The notes: a model not told the origin generated them from the sequence alone. A stretch of DNA of 63,354 bases, filler included, from Stramenopiles sp. TOSAG23-3 (GCA_900128585.1; 9 parts of 9 records of this genome joined end to end with filler, not necessarily neighbours in it); one strand, 5' to 3'. Shown: positions 10,763 through 22,396, counted from the first letter of the whole stretch. Made by a program: numbers and translations.

Positions 10763-11049
10763 CCTGCAATTGGTGTGTACGTAATACCTATCTATTCAAA
10801 TATGTATGGTATATTGTATATATCTATTAGGTACATAGATACATATATACAATAAAATTGCAAAAATAAACAACAAGCAATGATCGTAATGCAACGCGGG
10901 AACGGAAAAACTGAACTAGATTACTGTTGATTTTATTAATTGAGAAACGAATGTTTGAAAAAAAAAAGAAATAGTATATAGAAGACTAGACCATAAATAA
11001 TATTTTTTATATATTATTATTTTATTAAAAAAAAAAAAGGATGATTTTA

Positions 11050-11161
11050 TTCTTCTTCTTCTTTCTTCTTCTTTCTTCTTCTTTCTTCTTTCTTCTTCTT
11101 TCTTCTTCTTTCTTCTTCTTTCTTCTTCTTTCTTCTTCTTCTTCTTCTTCTTCTTCTTCTT
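11050..11161. repeat. (TTC)n / (TTCTTCTTTC)n microsatellite at contig end
   Basis: Direct reading of the tandem run up to the linker. Confidence 0.95.
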
Positions 11162-11261
11162 NNNNNNNNNNNNNNNNNNNNNNNNNNNNNNNNNNNNNNN
11201 NNNNNTTAATTAATTAANNNNNNNNNNNNNNNNNNNNNNNNNNNNNNNNNNNNNNNNNNNN
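11162..11261. other. Artificial contig linker (44N-TTAATTAATTAA-44N)
   Basis: 100-nt spacer with stops in all six frames; identical at eight places. Confidence 0.99.
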
Positions 11262-12610
11262 CTATACTGGTTACTGGCTGCCTTTTTACCTAGCTGCGGC
11301 CTCAGTATATAGTTTCTAATTTTCTTTCAAATTCTTTGCTGTTCACAATAACACACCTTTCCTTGCAAAGAGTAGGAATTATATTGCAAGTCAGCTGTTG
11401 CTTCGTTGTTGGGCAAATGTTGGGAAATGATATGAAAACTGGGCTGCCCGGGGTGTGTTGTTGGTTGGTTTGCTTGTTTCAATTGATTGATGGACAGGAA
11501 ATGCTTTCTTCTTTTTGATGATGGATGACCTGTTCTTCTTCTTCTTCCACCAAAGAAGAAAGGCTTTTTATTTATTTTTTTATTCTTCTTTTTATTATTA
11601 TTATTATTTATTATGAAACTGATTGATGTATGTGTTTTTATATTATTTTATTATGAATAAATAAGTAGTAATGAAGAAAGGAACGAAGAAAAAAAGTTAA
11701 TTATAGTTATTAAGTTGTTTAGAATAATATACTTATTCCTATATGAAGAATTAATACAATTGTGCACTATAATTTCGTATGATGGTATGGTTACGTATAA
11801 TGTTAGTACACTACTGTACCTATATGTTTAATATTGTATACATTTTAATCGTGGATTGCTTTTGTTTTATTTTTTATCGATATTTTCTCATATTATTTTT
11901 TTGTTTTTTTATTCTGGATTCTTTTTTCATTCGATCGCAATCATTGTTTTTGTCCATTTATGGTATTTTATCATATTGTATGTGTTTGATCATTGTAAAT
12001 CAATTATACAGGGGTTTCTTTATCGTTTAGTATTGTATTGAACCTTTACCATGTATTGCGACACAAACGAAGAAAGAGCGCGCGAAGAATGAAACAAGAT
12101 GTTGCCCCCCCCCCTTTAAATAGGTTTGCCTATTATTTGAATATTATTCCCCTTTTTTAAGTACATTTATTTTACCTATTTGTATACAAAGATAGGTTTT
12201 TATAAATACAAAAGTATAAGATTTAGTCTCACAATTTTAAACTTAAGTATTCGAGTGTACAAAGATGAAAAAGCAAACGTTATTAAAATCACATTCTAGT
12301 TCTATTCCCCTGGTAAAGATTTTAATTAACAAAAACATACAGATCACAGTATGGCTTTCATCATTCTCCTTCGCAAAATAAGAAACTCCCAGATCCCAGA
12401 TCCGATCCCAGATGATATTTATTTTTATACCCTAATTTATAACCCTGTTATGGAATAATGTACAGGTTTTGTACGAAAAAAAGTACATTTTTTATATCCT
12501 ATTCTAAGAGAAACTATAATAGTCTCTATAATAATTACTGGACCAACAACAAGTAAAAATAAGAGGGGTGGAAGGGGGGGAAGATGAATTTAGCGTATTC
12601 TTTAATCTAT

Positions 12611-13438
12611 TTAAAATGACATGGGGCTTGTTTTCGGTCGAAGTGCGTAGCTCTTTGGTTTTGGTAAAGGCGTTCGAGGCTGTTCGCTCATTGCAACTAG
12701 GCTCCCAACCTGTTCCCACAAATTTGATCTAGCAGAGTAGCTGACCTTTTTCTTGCGCCTAAACCGACTCTTTCTATTACTAGGGGGCAATTTAACCAGG
12801 TCATAATCCCCTGGTGCTGGGTTGTCCTTGGTTCTATTTATTTCTAACTGTATATACCCCAACGGGTTCCCTCGTCCGATCCTTCCGCCGCCAGGGATGC
12901 TGCTTCCATACCGTGTCTTTCCGCGCACTCTATAGCGGTTGGGCCCGGGGAGCTGCTTCGCGTGGTAAATGATCCACTCAGTTGACGTTTTGGGCCGGGC
13001 TTCGGAAAACTTGCCGCCTGTTTGCTTCGGCGTTGGCAAACGGTACTCCGACGGCCCAGGCAATTGTTTTGCGTAATATTCCGTCCATTCGATATAATTC
13101 TTCGGGAAAGAGTTGCTGAACCGAACGCCTTTAAGGCGGGCGGGGTCGACCGTCTTAGGACGTTGGTAGTAGTCCGGCGCCGGGACTTGGCGAGAACGGG
13201 CCTCTATTATTTCCACGTGAGTTTTTGGGCGCGAGGTCCCTATCTTGCCAGTTCTCATTTTCCCTATTGTGGTACCAAGACTGTACTCGTTGGGGGCCGG
13301 CAATTGCTTTGCACGATATATTATCCATTCAAGCTGGCTTTTGGACCTACCTCTTGGAAACTTTACGGACGGCGGGGATTTTAGCGTACTTTGCCACTGA
13401 ACACCAAAGGCCGAAGGGGCTGTTGTTGGTCGAGACAT
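12611..13438 (-). CDS. ODF3/SHIPPO-like (STPG, sperm-tail PG-rich repeat) flagellar protein
   Basis: Five spaced P(A/G)P..Y repeats: PAPNEY, PAPDYY, PGPSEY, PGPNRY, PAPGDY, with G.KFS...PK spacers. Confidence 0.8.
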   Translation of the reverse strand: MSRPTTAPSAFGVQWQSTLKSPPSVKFPRGRSKSQLEWIIYRAKQLPAPNEYSLGTTIGKMRTGKIGTSRPKTHVEIIEARSRQVPAPDYYQRPKTVDPARLKGVRFSNSFPKNYIEWTEYYAKQLPGPSEYRLPTPKQTGGKFSEARPKTSTEWIIYHAKQLPGPNRYRVRGKTRYGSSIPGGGRIGRGNPLGYIQLEINRTKDNPAPGDYDLVKLPPSNRKSRFRRKKKVSYSARSNLWEQVGSLVAMSEQPRTPLPKPKSYALRPKTSPMSF

Positions 13439-14430
13439 TGCTGCCAGGAAAAGAAGCCTAGTCTTGCAGAATTATTTGGAACGAGTTGCCCTGAAATCAA
13501 TGAACTCGGTAATGGGAACAATAGAGCTGGAAACTTCTGCACAAAAGAGTCCAATAGTGCTGTAAAAATATACAATATTGTTGCGGTCAAAGTGGTAGAG
13601 TTTTTGTGGTATCCAAAAAGCAAAAGCTCAAGTGGAGCCACTTGCAACACGATACCCGTAGTTGCAGTCGTCTGGTTGTGTTCAATTGTTCAATAGGTAG
13701 TATAGAGTATACGAAGAAGTAGATGATACCCGTACCACCTCTTCTTCTTCTTTGTTAGCTCGTCATAAGATTTAGAAGACACTATAAAATATCATCAATA
13801 GAATTCCACCAAGAAGGCAGCATTGACTACCAAAGGTATGCCTTTATATTTCGTAACGCATCTTTTTTGCACCCTTGCCTTATGTTATTGCCTTGTAGTA
13901 ATTAATTGGAGTAATTCAGGAGATTAGTATACGAGTCCTCGTAATTAATGGGCATTCAGCTCTCACATCTGAGATCCAAAACAAAGACTTCCAAACTGTT
14001 TCAGACGACATTAAACAGCATTAGTCCCCTTTGTTAAGTGTTTTTATTAAAATATTATGGTTTCTCAATTGTATTTCTATATTTCAGTAAAATAGTTTTC
14101 AAAATTACCTTAATAAATACAAAATACTTGCCAGACGTCGATTGGTTCATTCATTCCGCAATCTACTATACGGCATAACATAGCTTTAACATCATAGTGT
14201 CAATGAATTCAATAGTGGTACTATATAATATTACTCTTGAATTTCTTTTTTTTTGAAACGACGTTGCTGCTGCTCGGTCTTCTTTGTCGGCATGCGCTGG
14301 TATTAATATATTAGCTATAGGCTAGATCGACGATAATAATAACGATAACTGCTACTGCTTTTTTTCTTTCGTTTACGCGTTCCCATTTATTGTGAGTTAA
14401 TGGTTGCATTAGTGTGAGCTAAATTGCACC

Positions 14431-16146
14431 ATGCTTATTGGCATTTCTCGACACCTGAAAAATTCCCACGTCGTCTCAAACAAGATTCTATCAACAGCGC
14501 TGAAAACGCAAGAAAAGCACATGTACATTATTCCTGGGGTGACTCCCAGAAGGCTAGCGTTCTTTGCTTGCGTAGCAGTCTGTTTCCTTTCGCTTCAACG
14601 GGAGGCCGTTGGTAAAACCAGAATACCGACTAGAACATATACTGGGGAACATCTAGAAAGTTACAGTGATGTTGTCCGAGATAGAAAAGTGTCGATGACT
14701 GCTGCGGAGCGAACACGGAGCAAGTTAGCGAGGGAGAAACGTGCAAGTGCCCGTCCGCAAGAGCACAGAGGGGAAAGGGAACGCAAACACGATATGAAAA
14801 GTGATACGTCTGCTGCGGACAAGCTCACACGGGAAAAAAATGTTCGCATGCGACAACAATCTTCGAAGGCATACCAGAAGAGAGTGACAAAGGACAGAAA
14901 TAATAGAGACAATATAACTGCACGCCACAAAAGTGCTATCAAGGAACTAAAGGAAGAATTGAAGGAGTCCGTCGGAAGCGAGGCAAACGTTAGCATGAAA
15001 GAAACCATATCGTTAGACCACGAACAAAATGAAATAGATACTTCGTTGTCGCACTTTTTGAAGCACCAAGCCCGTTTTGATTACAACCGCACGTTGCGGT
15101 TTATGTACGGCCGGCCATCAAGTGATAAGCACTTGACCGTTTCCCGTTACCGCTGGTCCACGTACGACAGAAGAGAAACCCAAGCGTGTCCCGCCCACTG
15201 CAGTGGACACGGACTTTGCGAAGTGGACAAGTGCGTCTGCTCTCGAAACTGGCACGGCGTAGATTGTTCCCGGAGAACCTGCCCGGCCGGTCCTGCATTA
15301 GTCGATAGTGATGGCACTCGTGTATATGCTTACGCGGAATGCTCGGGGCGGGGAACTTGCGACTATGATACGGGCGAGTGCAAGTGCATGCCGCAATTTG
15401 AGGGGCACGCATGCACCCGAACCAAATGCCCGGCGCACAATTGCAATGGGCATGGGACATGTGTTCGAACTTTAGGAACGACCAGTAGCGTTAGTTGTAA
15501 ATGCGACCCACCGTACTACGGCCCCGATTGTTTCCTACTCCCCTGTCCGAGAGGCGACGATCCTATGACTTTTCCGATGGATGCAAATGGGTCCAAAATA
15601 ACTGCCACGTCGAAACGAACGTACAACATACACCAGGTCTCAATCTCGTCATCAAAACCGGACGTGACCGGCTGGTACACTCTATCGTATGCTGGGCCCC
15701 GCAAAGTCAGGCATGAGACTCGGCCGATTCCGTGGATGACGTATCACAGGCTAGGGACGGAAACCGGGCGCCTAAACTATGCTTTGCGAATCCGCAAAGC
15801 TCTCCTGGCTCTACCAGGGTACCTTTTCCCAGACGTGAAAATAAACTTAACCATGGCCACAAATGGAGTGGCGTTTTTTGTAACTTTCAATTCCGAAACT
15901 GGCAACATGACCACAATCGATGTCAACTATCATGGGTGCGACCACGTCGGTTGTCAACCTCGGTATACGGGGCTTTTTACAACGGGAAAGATAACCGTGA
16001 CGAAAAATGATTCGGTGTCTACCAGTAATGTAGAGAATGTCATATGTTCTAACCGGGGGCTATGCCACCCAACTACAGGAACGTGCACATGCTTTCATGG
16101 GTTCCACGGGTTTGCGTGTGAGACAGAGGTGTGCAGGGACCTGTAA
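14431..16146 (+). CDS. Tubular mastigoneme protein (Sig1/Ocm-like, EGF-like Cys-rich)
   Basis: CPAHCSGHGLC, DCSRRTCP, AECSGRGTCDYDTGECKC, CPRGDDP, GC..VGCQPRY.G and terminal CSNRGLC...TGTCTCF.GF.G.AC match the layout of stramenopile mastigoneme shaft proteins. The start may be ATG 14521, just before the hydrophobic leader. Confidence 0.8.
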   Translation: MLIGISRHLKNSHVVSNKILSTALKTQEKHMYIIPGVTPRRLAFFACVAVCFLSLQREAVGKTRIPTRTYTGEHLESYSDVVRDRKVSMTAAERTRSKLAREKRASARPQEHRGERERKHDMKSDTSAADKLTREKNVRMRQQSSKAYQKRVTKDRNNRDNITARHKSAIKELKEELKESVGSEANVSMKETISLDHEQNEIDTSLSHFLKHQARFDYNRTLRFMYGRPSSDKHLTVSRYRWSTYDRRETQACPAHCSGHGLCEVDKCVCSRNWHGVDCSRRTCPAGPALVDSDGTRVYAYAECSGRGTCDYDTGECKCMPQFEGHACTRTKCPAHNCNGHGTCVRTLGTTSSVSCKCDPPYYGPDCFLLPCPRGDDPMTFPMDANGSKITATSKRTYNIHQVSISSSKPDVTGWYTLSYAGPRKVRHETRPIPWMTYHRLGTETGRLNYALRIRKALLALPGYLFPDVKINLTMATNGVAFFVTFNSETGNMTTIDVNYHGCDHVGCQPRYTGLFTTGKITVTKNDSVSTSNVENVICSNRGLCHPTTGTCTCFHGFHGFACETEVCRDL

Positions 16147-16430
16147 GAGGGGGCAGTTTTTGGTTTCCAACGCATTGATGGTGAGAGAGGAATGGAGCAG
16201 GGAGGGGGTAGGGTTGGGGGGTGTTAATTTTTAGAGATATTTTAATTTTCGTAACGGTACGAACTAAGATTCTTAATAATTCTACAATTATTTAAGCACT
16301 TTTCATTTTTAGTAAATTCGCAGTACATTGAAGGAAGTAAAACTTTACTGGATTGTTTTCAATAAAACATTTATTGTAAGCCGTAAGGTAAAAACTAATT
16401 ACACCACCGCGTGGATTTCTTTTTACGCGT

Positions 16431-17744
16431 CTATTTGTGACTGTTGTACGACGGCGGCGCCCGAGACATGGCCCCAGTGCCACCCCTCCGAATTGGGTTT
16501 TGCTCTTGTGCGTCTCGAATTTTTTTTGCTAATGCTTTCGCTTGGAACTGTTTGGCAGATAAGTTTCGTACCTGCCTCAAAAATGGTTTCAACTGTATCC
16601 GCTGGCTCTTCAGTGCTTCGTCGAGATGGAAAAGTGTGTCCTCTATGGCCACAGACCTTGCAACCTCATCAAACATTTGGTTGGACCACATGTCCCCACC
16701 AACTAACACTTTCTCGGGATCATTTCCAATGTCGACGTCTTGCGCTTCATTTTCCACCAACCAATCAGCTATATTTGCATTCTTTATTTTCATGGCCGCT
16801 ATGTACCCTGCCAATGTCGATTCCTGTTCTTTCAATTTTGCTACACCTTCGGCCAACGCCTGTTCGCTGCGCTCTAGTTTGACCGTCGTTGTGAGTGCCT
16901 CGTCCATTTGCCGCTTCTTCGCTTTCAGCATTCCCTCCAAGTGCGCGCACGTAGATTGCGTCAGATCGTCTGCAGTATTATTGTGGGCTTTTCCGCCCGC
17001 TTTGCTCATGTCTGGCCTTGGGGGGCGGACCGGCTCTTGTACCGAAGCAGCGCTGGCAGCGGCCAGCGTCGACGAATACGTTGGAGGATTTGCGGCAATG
17101 TTGTTGTAAGACGGCGCCGCATAGCTTCGCAGGTTCCCACCACTACCGTACTGCCCGCTCGTATTCTTGCTATATTGCCCCCCGTTCACACCATTTCCAT
17201 ACTGCCCCCCTGGGACGACAACATTTCCCATTGCCGCTGGGTTGGTGCTGTAGCCTGGAGGTTTTGCTTGGCACGGAGGCCGATCGCTGAACACGCTACT
17301 TAACGAAGAGACTAAGGCAGACAAAGTGCTTCCCCCCGACTGCCACGAAGAAAGATACTGCAAGTGAACGACCAGTCCGTCTGCCTGTACGTGTGGGTGT
17401 CGTGGTGTGACCACCATGTCCAAAGTTGGAGTGACGTAGCAAATTGGGCTGACGAACGGGTACAGCTCTGGTATCCAAATGCTAACAGGAATGTGGTACG
17501 TAACACCCTTGTACACGATAGGACAAGTGCCAACTAACTTTATCAGGGTGGAGACCTTCCCGTTCTTATGCGTATACTGATTGCCGCCGTTCGGTTTCAG
17601 AGATGAACATGTCCTCTGTAGATCTTGCACATCACGACGAATGCGGTTGATGTCCCCGCCCGCGTTTTGGTACTGATACCCGTATGAGTTTAGAATTTGG
17701 TGTATGTCACCCTGTTGCTGGCTGTAGGAACCATACGCCGCCAT
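16431..17744 (-). CDS. TSG101: ESCRT-I subunit TSG101/Vps23
   Basis: UEV domain (LVGTCPIVYKGVTYHIPVSIWIPELYPFVSPICYVTPT, HPHVQADG), P/Y/G-rich linker, coiled coil, Vps23 core (AIEDTLFHLDEAL...FLRQVRNLSAKQF). First ATG at 17744. Confidence 0.95.
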   Translation of the reverse strand: MAAYGSYSQQQGDIHQILNSYGYQYQNAGGDINRIRRDVQDLQRTCSSLKPNGGNQYTHKNGKVSTLIKLVGTCPIVYKGVTYHIPVSIWIPELYPFVSPICYVTPTLDMVVTPRHPHVQADGLVVHLQYLSSWQSGGSTLSALVSSLSSVFSDRPPCQAKPPGYSTNPAAMGNVVVPGGQYGNGVNGGQYSKNTSGQYGSGGNLRSYAAPSYNNIAANPPTYSSTLAAASAASVQEPVRPPRPDMSKAGGKAHNNTADDLTQSTCAHLEGMLKAKKRQMDEALTTTVKLERSEQALAEGVAKLKEQESTLAGYIAAMKIKNANIADWLVENEAQDVDIGNDPEKVLVGGDMWSNQMFDEVARSVAIEDTLFHLDEALKSQRIQLKPFLRQVRNLSAKQFQAKALAKKIRDAQEQNPIRRGGTGAMSRAPPSYNSHK

Positions 17745-18344
17745 ACTTTTCTTTGCCAAGAAGGGGAAACTAGGACGATATATTGGCTGAGTATTTTGTC
17801 TAGATGAGACGCTTGTCTAGGCCAGTTGAATATTCGTGTGAAATTTAAATATCAAATCTCCACAGCCAACACAATAATCTTTTCCCATTCCTGTATGATA
17901 TCAATGTTTCCATGCAACGTCTCTTCTCTTTTACTTTCCATTATATATATTTTATAATAATAATAATAAAATAAAGCTTTTTTTTTTTATATTAATAATA
18001 ATCATCTTTTTTTTTTCTCTCTTTTTTCTCTGCTGTGCTCCGTGCTGCTGCGGATAAAATATCACGCACCACCGTCGTCGTGTTGTGTTCTGTTTTGTTG
18101 TTGTGTGTGGTGATGATTGTATAGTAGACTAGTATTATTTAAAATCTTTTTTATAATTATCAGCAGGTCGGTCGGTGGTCTATTATTAATTCCATCTCAA
18201 CAATTCTCAATTCTCAATAATAATAATTATAATACTTGGTGGTGGTAATCAAAAAATTACAAGAATCTTAAGCTTAACTCTCTTTCTTAAAAGTTATTAG
18301 AAAAAAAACAGATGGTCTTACAACAACGCCCCCGTTTTTCGTTT

Positions 18345-20723
18345 TTAGCGAACGATAGAGTCAACGTCCGTTTTCACCTTGGTGATTGCAATTTGCGCTT
18401 CCTCCATCATTTGAACGACGCTGATCAAGCGTTGCCTCCTTTCTTGGGTTTCTGACGTTTCGCTCAACAGTTCGTCTATTCTACTTGGGTCGTACAAAGA
18501 TTGCACAAGTTCCGTGTGCAGGGAGTTTTGTACAGATTTCACCAGCTTAAGCGTCACAGCTTTCGGGACAGAGTCCAAAATCTTGACTTGGATAATTTCA
18601 AAGTAAGCATTAAGCAATGCTTCTACTATCCTAGTCTGAATCATGTCTTCGTCTGTCATGGACGCCGTGCGCTTCAAACGTCCAGTTTTTCCAGCCCGGC
18701 TCTTGGCCCGTCTCGACGGGGCTTCACCTGTTGGAAACAACCGTTCGTTGGTGTTCTTGGTATCGCTTGCTTGAACAAAGGCATCCCACGCGTGTTCGTC
18801 TGTTCCTATTTTCAGGGAGTGCCCCCATTTGGCAGCACTGCCCGGGTCAGTGCACCGAAACGTAACCGGCTTCGAAGACGTGGGGGCAACATGGACCAAG
18901 CAGTCTTCGACCGTGACGATCGCGCCTTGCAACTCTACGGCCTTGACATCGTCCCCCTCCTCGTTCTTGCTGTACACAAGCGCTCGCCTTGCCAAGTAAC
19001 AGAAACGCGGGGTAAAGCCTTTGCCAACCATTGTGGCCGACCGCTTCTCTAACCACCCTTCCATTAGCCGTGGGCCATCAAATTTTCCGGTGCTCTTTCT
19101 CCCTCCGCGCGCAAGGGGGTTGCTTTGCATGACCGGCTCAGGCGGAATGTTCCTTAACGAATGGGAATGCTGAACCTGTTGGGTTTCCCTGGTTTCCTGC
19201 TCTTCGACGTACAACGCGGCGTTCCGCAAGTCCCACAAATTCATCTCTTGCATAAAGTCTGGGTGATCGGTGTTTATGTGAGCCAGCTCCATATCAATCA
19301 GCGTCCGGACTAAAACCTCCGTTTGTTCCTTGCGCTCGGAGATAACCCGCCGAACATTGCTTCGTATCTCGTTCCGCAATACGCTGTACCGCGACATGGA
19401 GCCCGTTTCTATGGACATTGCTTCTTTCATCAGCTCGTCGAACACCAGCTGCACGCAGGCATCGGCAGGTCCTGCCAACTCTTTGACTGCCTGCCGCACA
19501 ATAGTGTGAAATGCTTCCCCGGGAATAAAGAGACCGCCCTTCAGCCCACCACTGTTTTTTATGATGTTCCGTATCTGCCCGGGAGGCATGTTCCCCAAAA
19601 TATCAATGTTCTGGATGGACGATTTGAAGTCCCCGCTGAACAGAGCTCTAATCTTTGCCCCCCCCGACAGGACAGCATGACTTACCTGGTCATCGGACCC
19701 CTCCATTCGTTCTTGAAACTTTTGCGCGTAGCCTACGACGCACCCCAAGACCGCTTGCGATTTTTTCGCGGCAGAATCGAGGGAGGAGAGCCCGGCCAGC
19801 TCGGCTTTCTTCTTTTGTAGAAATATCGAAATCTTACTTGAAATCTCCGGCAAAGTGCTTCTGATGTGCTCCACCAACGTTTTATTTAGCGTGTACGTCA
19901 AGTGCCGCGTGCCGCATTTGTTTTTTATTTGACTGTAGGCAACGTGCGAAGAGAAGTACTTCTCCTCTTCTGCCCACTGCTGGTCAATGTTTTTGTTGGT
20001 GTCGATGTCGTGCTGAGATCGGTTGACGACAGGGATGTACCCCAAGCGCAAGGGAATCACCTCGTTGTTCAAGACTGCCATTGCGTTGGTGCCTTTGTCC
20101 ATCAGATCGAGCTTTGTCAACACGCCGACCGTTCGATGCCCCTCCGGATCCACTTCTTTGGCCAGCTGGATAGCATCCGAATTTGCCAAGTCTTGGTTGG
20201 CAGGCGAGACCGCCAAAATGATAGTGTTCTCTTGGCGAATGTACTTCATCAGAAGTGCACGGATTTGGTCGTTGATGTCCACCGGCTGGTCGCCGACTGC
20301 TACACGAGTGAGACCTGGCAAATCTATTAGGGTCAAATCCAGCACATCGGCAGAATATATCGTCAAGTTGATCGGTTTGTCAGAAATGCTTTTGTTTGCA
20401 CACGCTGGATCGTTTTCGGTGGCGTTTGAAATCTCAGCACGAATGTCGGCGTACTCCGTGTATTTTCTGCCCTGCTTGTGCAAAAATTCGGCAGAGTCCT
20501 TTGTTCCATTTGGCTGATTGACGAGCTTCAGGACAAGCGGTCTCCGCGTGACAATCCCCGAACCCCGAGGCAAAAAGTCTTTCCCAACGATATTTTCCAG
20601 CACGGACGACTTCCCCGCAGACTGACCGCCGACAACTGCAATCTGGGGCAAAGACAGAGCGTCCTCCCCCAGAACCGTGAAGGCGTCTTGAAGTTTGTTA
20701 ATTACTTGGATCAAACGATTCAT
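18345..20723 (-). CDS. Dynamin-family GTPase with PH domain and GED
   Basis: LPQIAVVGGQSAGKSSVLE, LPRGSGIVTRRPL, DLPG, TKLD; middle domain; PH-like segment (MEGWLEKRS...FTPRFCYL...AAKWGHSLK); GED (YFEIIQVKILDSVPKAV). Confidence 0.95.
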   Translation of the reverse strand: MNRLIQVINKLQDAFTVLGEDALSLPQIAVVGGQSAGKSSVLENIVGKDFLPRGSGIVTRRPLVLKLVNQPNGTKDSAEFLHKQGRKYTEYADIRAEISNATENDPACANKSISDKPINLTIYSADVLDLTLIDLPGLTRVAVGDQPVDINDQIRALLMKYIRQENTIILAVSPANQDLANSDAIQLAKEVDPEGHRTVGVLTKLDLMDKGTNAMAVLNNEVIPLRLGYIPVVNRSQHDIDTNKNIDQQWAEEEKYFSSHVAYSQIKNKCGTRHLTYTLNKTLVEHIRSTLPEISSKISIFLQKKKAELAGLSSLDSAAKKSQAVLGCVVGYAQKFQERMEGSDDQVSHAVLSGGAKIRALFSGDFKSSIQNIDILGNMPPGQIRNIIKNSGGLKGGLFIPGEAFHTIVRQAVKELAGPADACVQLVFDELMKEAMSIETGSMSRYSVLRNEIRSNVRRVISERKEQTEVLVRTLIDMELAHINTDHPDFMQEMNLWDLRNAALYVEEQETRETQQVQHSHSLRNIPPEPVMQSNPLARGGRKSTGKFDGPRLMEGWLEKRSATMVGKGFTPRFCYLARRALVYSKNEEGDDVKAVELQGAIVTVEDCLVHVAPTSSKPVTFRCTDPGSAAKWGHSLKIGTDEHAWDAFVQASDTKNTNERLFPTGEAPSRRAKSRAGKTGRLKRTASMTDEDMIQTRIVEALLNAYFEIIQVKILDSVPKAVTLKLVKSVQNSLHTELVQSLYDPSRIDELLSETSETQERRQRLISVVQMMEEAQIAITKVKTDVDSIVR

Positions 20724-21742
20724 TATAGTTTTAGTTTCAACTTTTTATGCATACGTGTATCGTTTCATGAAAATAATTAAGCTATTCAATCTCCTGTTTC
20801 GTTTTCTCTTTTCCTAGCAAAACGGCGTGATGATTTAATATCATTCATTACGAACGATACTTCAATCGCGATCCACACTTTTTGGCCAACCAGACATTTC
20901 GTACTTCGCACAGCATCCAGCAGCAGCTCGCTAAAAAAAAAACTCATAATTAAATTTATTAAAATTATGATGTACCAAGTATATGGCCTCTGCTCAATCA
21001 ATATATTTCTATTATAATTAAGTACCGTACATAGAAGAATACCATTTTGAAGTATTAATACGTACTACTTAATATGTATAAGTTATTTGTAATCTTGGTT
21101 AGATATAGGGTTATTTCTTTTCTTTTTTTTTTCTTCTTTTTTTTTTCTTCTTTCTTCTTTTTTTTTTCTTTCGTTCTTCTTTTTTCTTTCTTCTTTATTA
21201 TTTTTCCTCAAATTTCAATAACCGTTTCTGCTGATGCTGATGCTGTTCTGTTTGTTATTGCGGATTACCGTTGTTATTAGTTACTACTTGTTGTAAGGTA
21301 AAGCAGATAAAGACAACAGCATGGAAATACCATCATTGTGAAAATGTGTATATAATAATAACAACAACACAGTATATGTTTTTAAAACACACACCACCTT
21401 TTTCCACCTTCCTCTTCCTTCCTTCCTTCCTTCTTCTTCTCTTCTTCTTTTTTATTTTTTTTATTATTCATTTCACACACTCACACAATAAGAAGAAAAA
21501 AACTACTTCTTCTTCTCATACCCAAGTACTGGTATAGTAGAAACAAACAAAAGAGCAAACATCGACATATATATGAACGTAATCATTTAGTAGGTAAGGA
21601 TACACAATTTCCTTTTCTTCCTTCAGGATATTCACCACTTTTAATATCGTTTGTCTGTTTCTTTCTTCGTTTTGGGAGACGTCGAGGATAATTGTGTTTG
21701 AAACATAGTAGTGGACTTCAACGGCGGAAGCAAAACTCAACC

Positions 21743-22174
21743 ATGCCGAAAAAGAAGTTAGCAAAGAAAGGGTTTGACTGGAAGGACACTGAGAAATTTG
21801 ATAAGACCGCCAGCGAGGTAGGTGGGGCGATTGAAAACCTTCAGAATCAACTCCGTACTTTAAACACTGAGATCCGTGCGGATAAAGATGGACTTTTTGA
21901 TTTCGATAACCGATTGCGGTTTCTTTACAAAGAGCGGGACATGCTAGAAAACCGAATGAAAGAGAACTCCGTCTGGGCCGACAAGTTCGACCTTCAGATA
22001 GGACCATTTGAAAAAATGTACGACCAACTCACCGATGGGATGACGAGCTTGTACGACAACGCCAAAACAGAGCACAGAAAGGGTATTGATGTATTGATTC
22101 GCGAATTTAATTACCACCCACTGTGGAAGCAGGACAACGGGTGCTTCACTGCAACCCCGTTCAAACCCGAGTAA
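21743..22174 (+). CDS. Small coiled-coil protein, function unknown
   Basis: 143-aa ORF from ATG 21743 with coding-like composition and heptad pattern; ends FNYHPLWK...TPFKPE. Confidence 0.75.
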   Translation: MPKKKLAKKGFDWKDTEKFDKTASEVGGAIENLQNQLRTLNTEIRADKDGLFDFDNRLRFLYKERDMLENRMKENSVWADKFDLQIGPFEKMYDQLTDGMTSLYDNAKTEHRKGIDVLIREFNYHPLWKQDNGCFTATPFKPE

Positions 22175-22396
22175 GGGGGGGACGTGTTTCTCGCTGTTCC
22201 AATGCCGCGCGTGTGCGGGGTTGGTAAAGCCATTTTCGAGCGAGACGAAGTGAAACTCGGCACGCGCCATTGCATTTGTAAGATAAACCTTTAGCCTACT
22301 ACTGGAAAATAACATAAAAATTACGGAACACAGCCCGAGGTGGAGATACGTGATTATGAGGATTATGATTGGGTTCAGGAACGTATGGTAACATAT

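Noticed and set aside
508-10855. Many long antisense or alternate-frame ORFs over real genes (e.g. 6065-7231, 9356-10231, 2291-3040)
   Set aside because: Shadow ORFs from codon bias in GC-rich genes; no motifs of their own.
11262-11330. Hairpin with GCCTTTTTAC loop resembling U5 snRNA loop 1
   Set aside because: The loop has five T rather than the invariant GCCUUUUAC, the stem is weak and there is no convincing Sm site or 3' stem; an Infernal U5 search would settle it.
11336-12041. ORFs in AT-rich spacers (also 21074-21537, 32527-33109, 48109-48405, 55373-55694)
   Set aside because: F/I/L/K-rich translations of low-complexity DNA with no coding signal.
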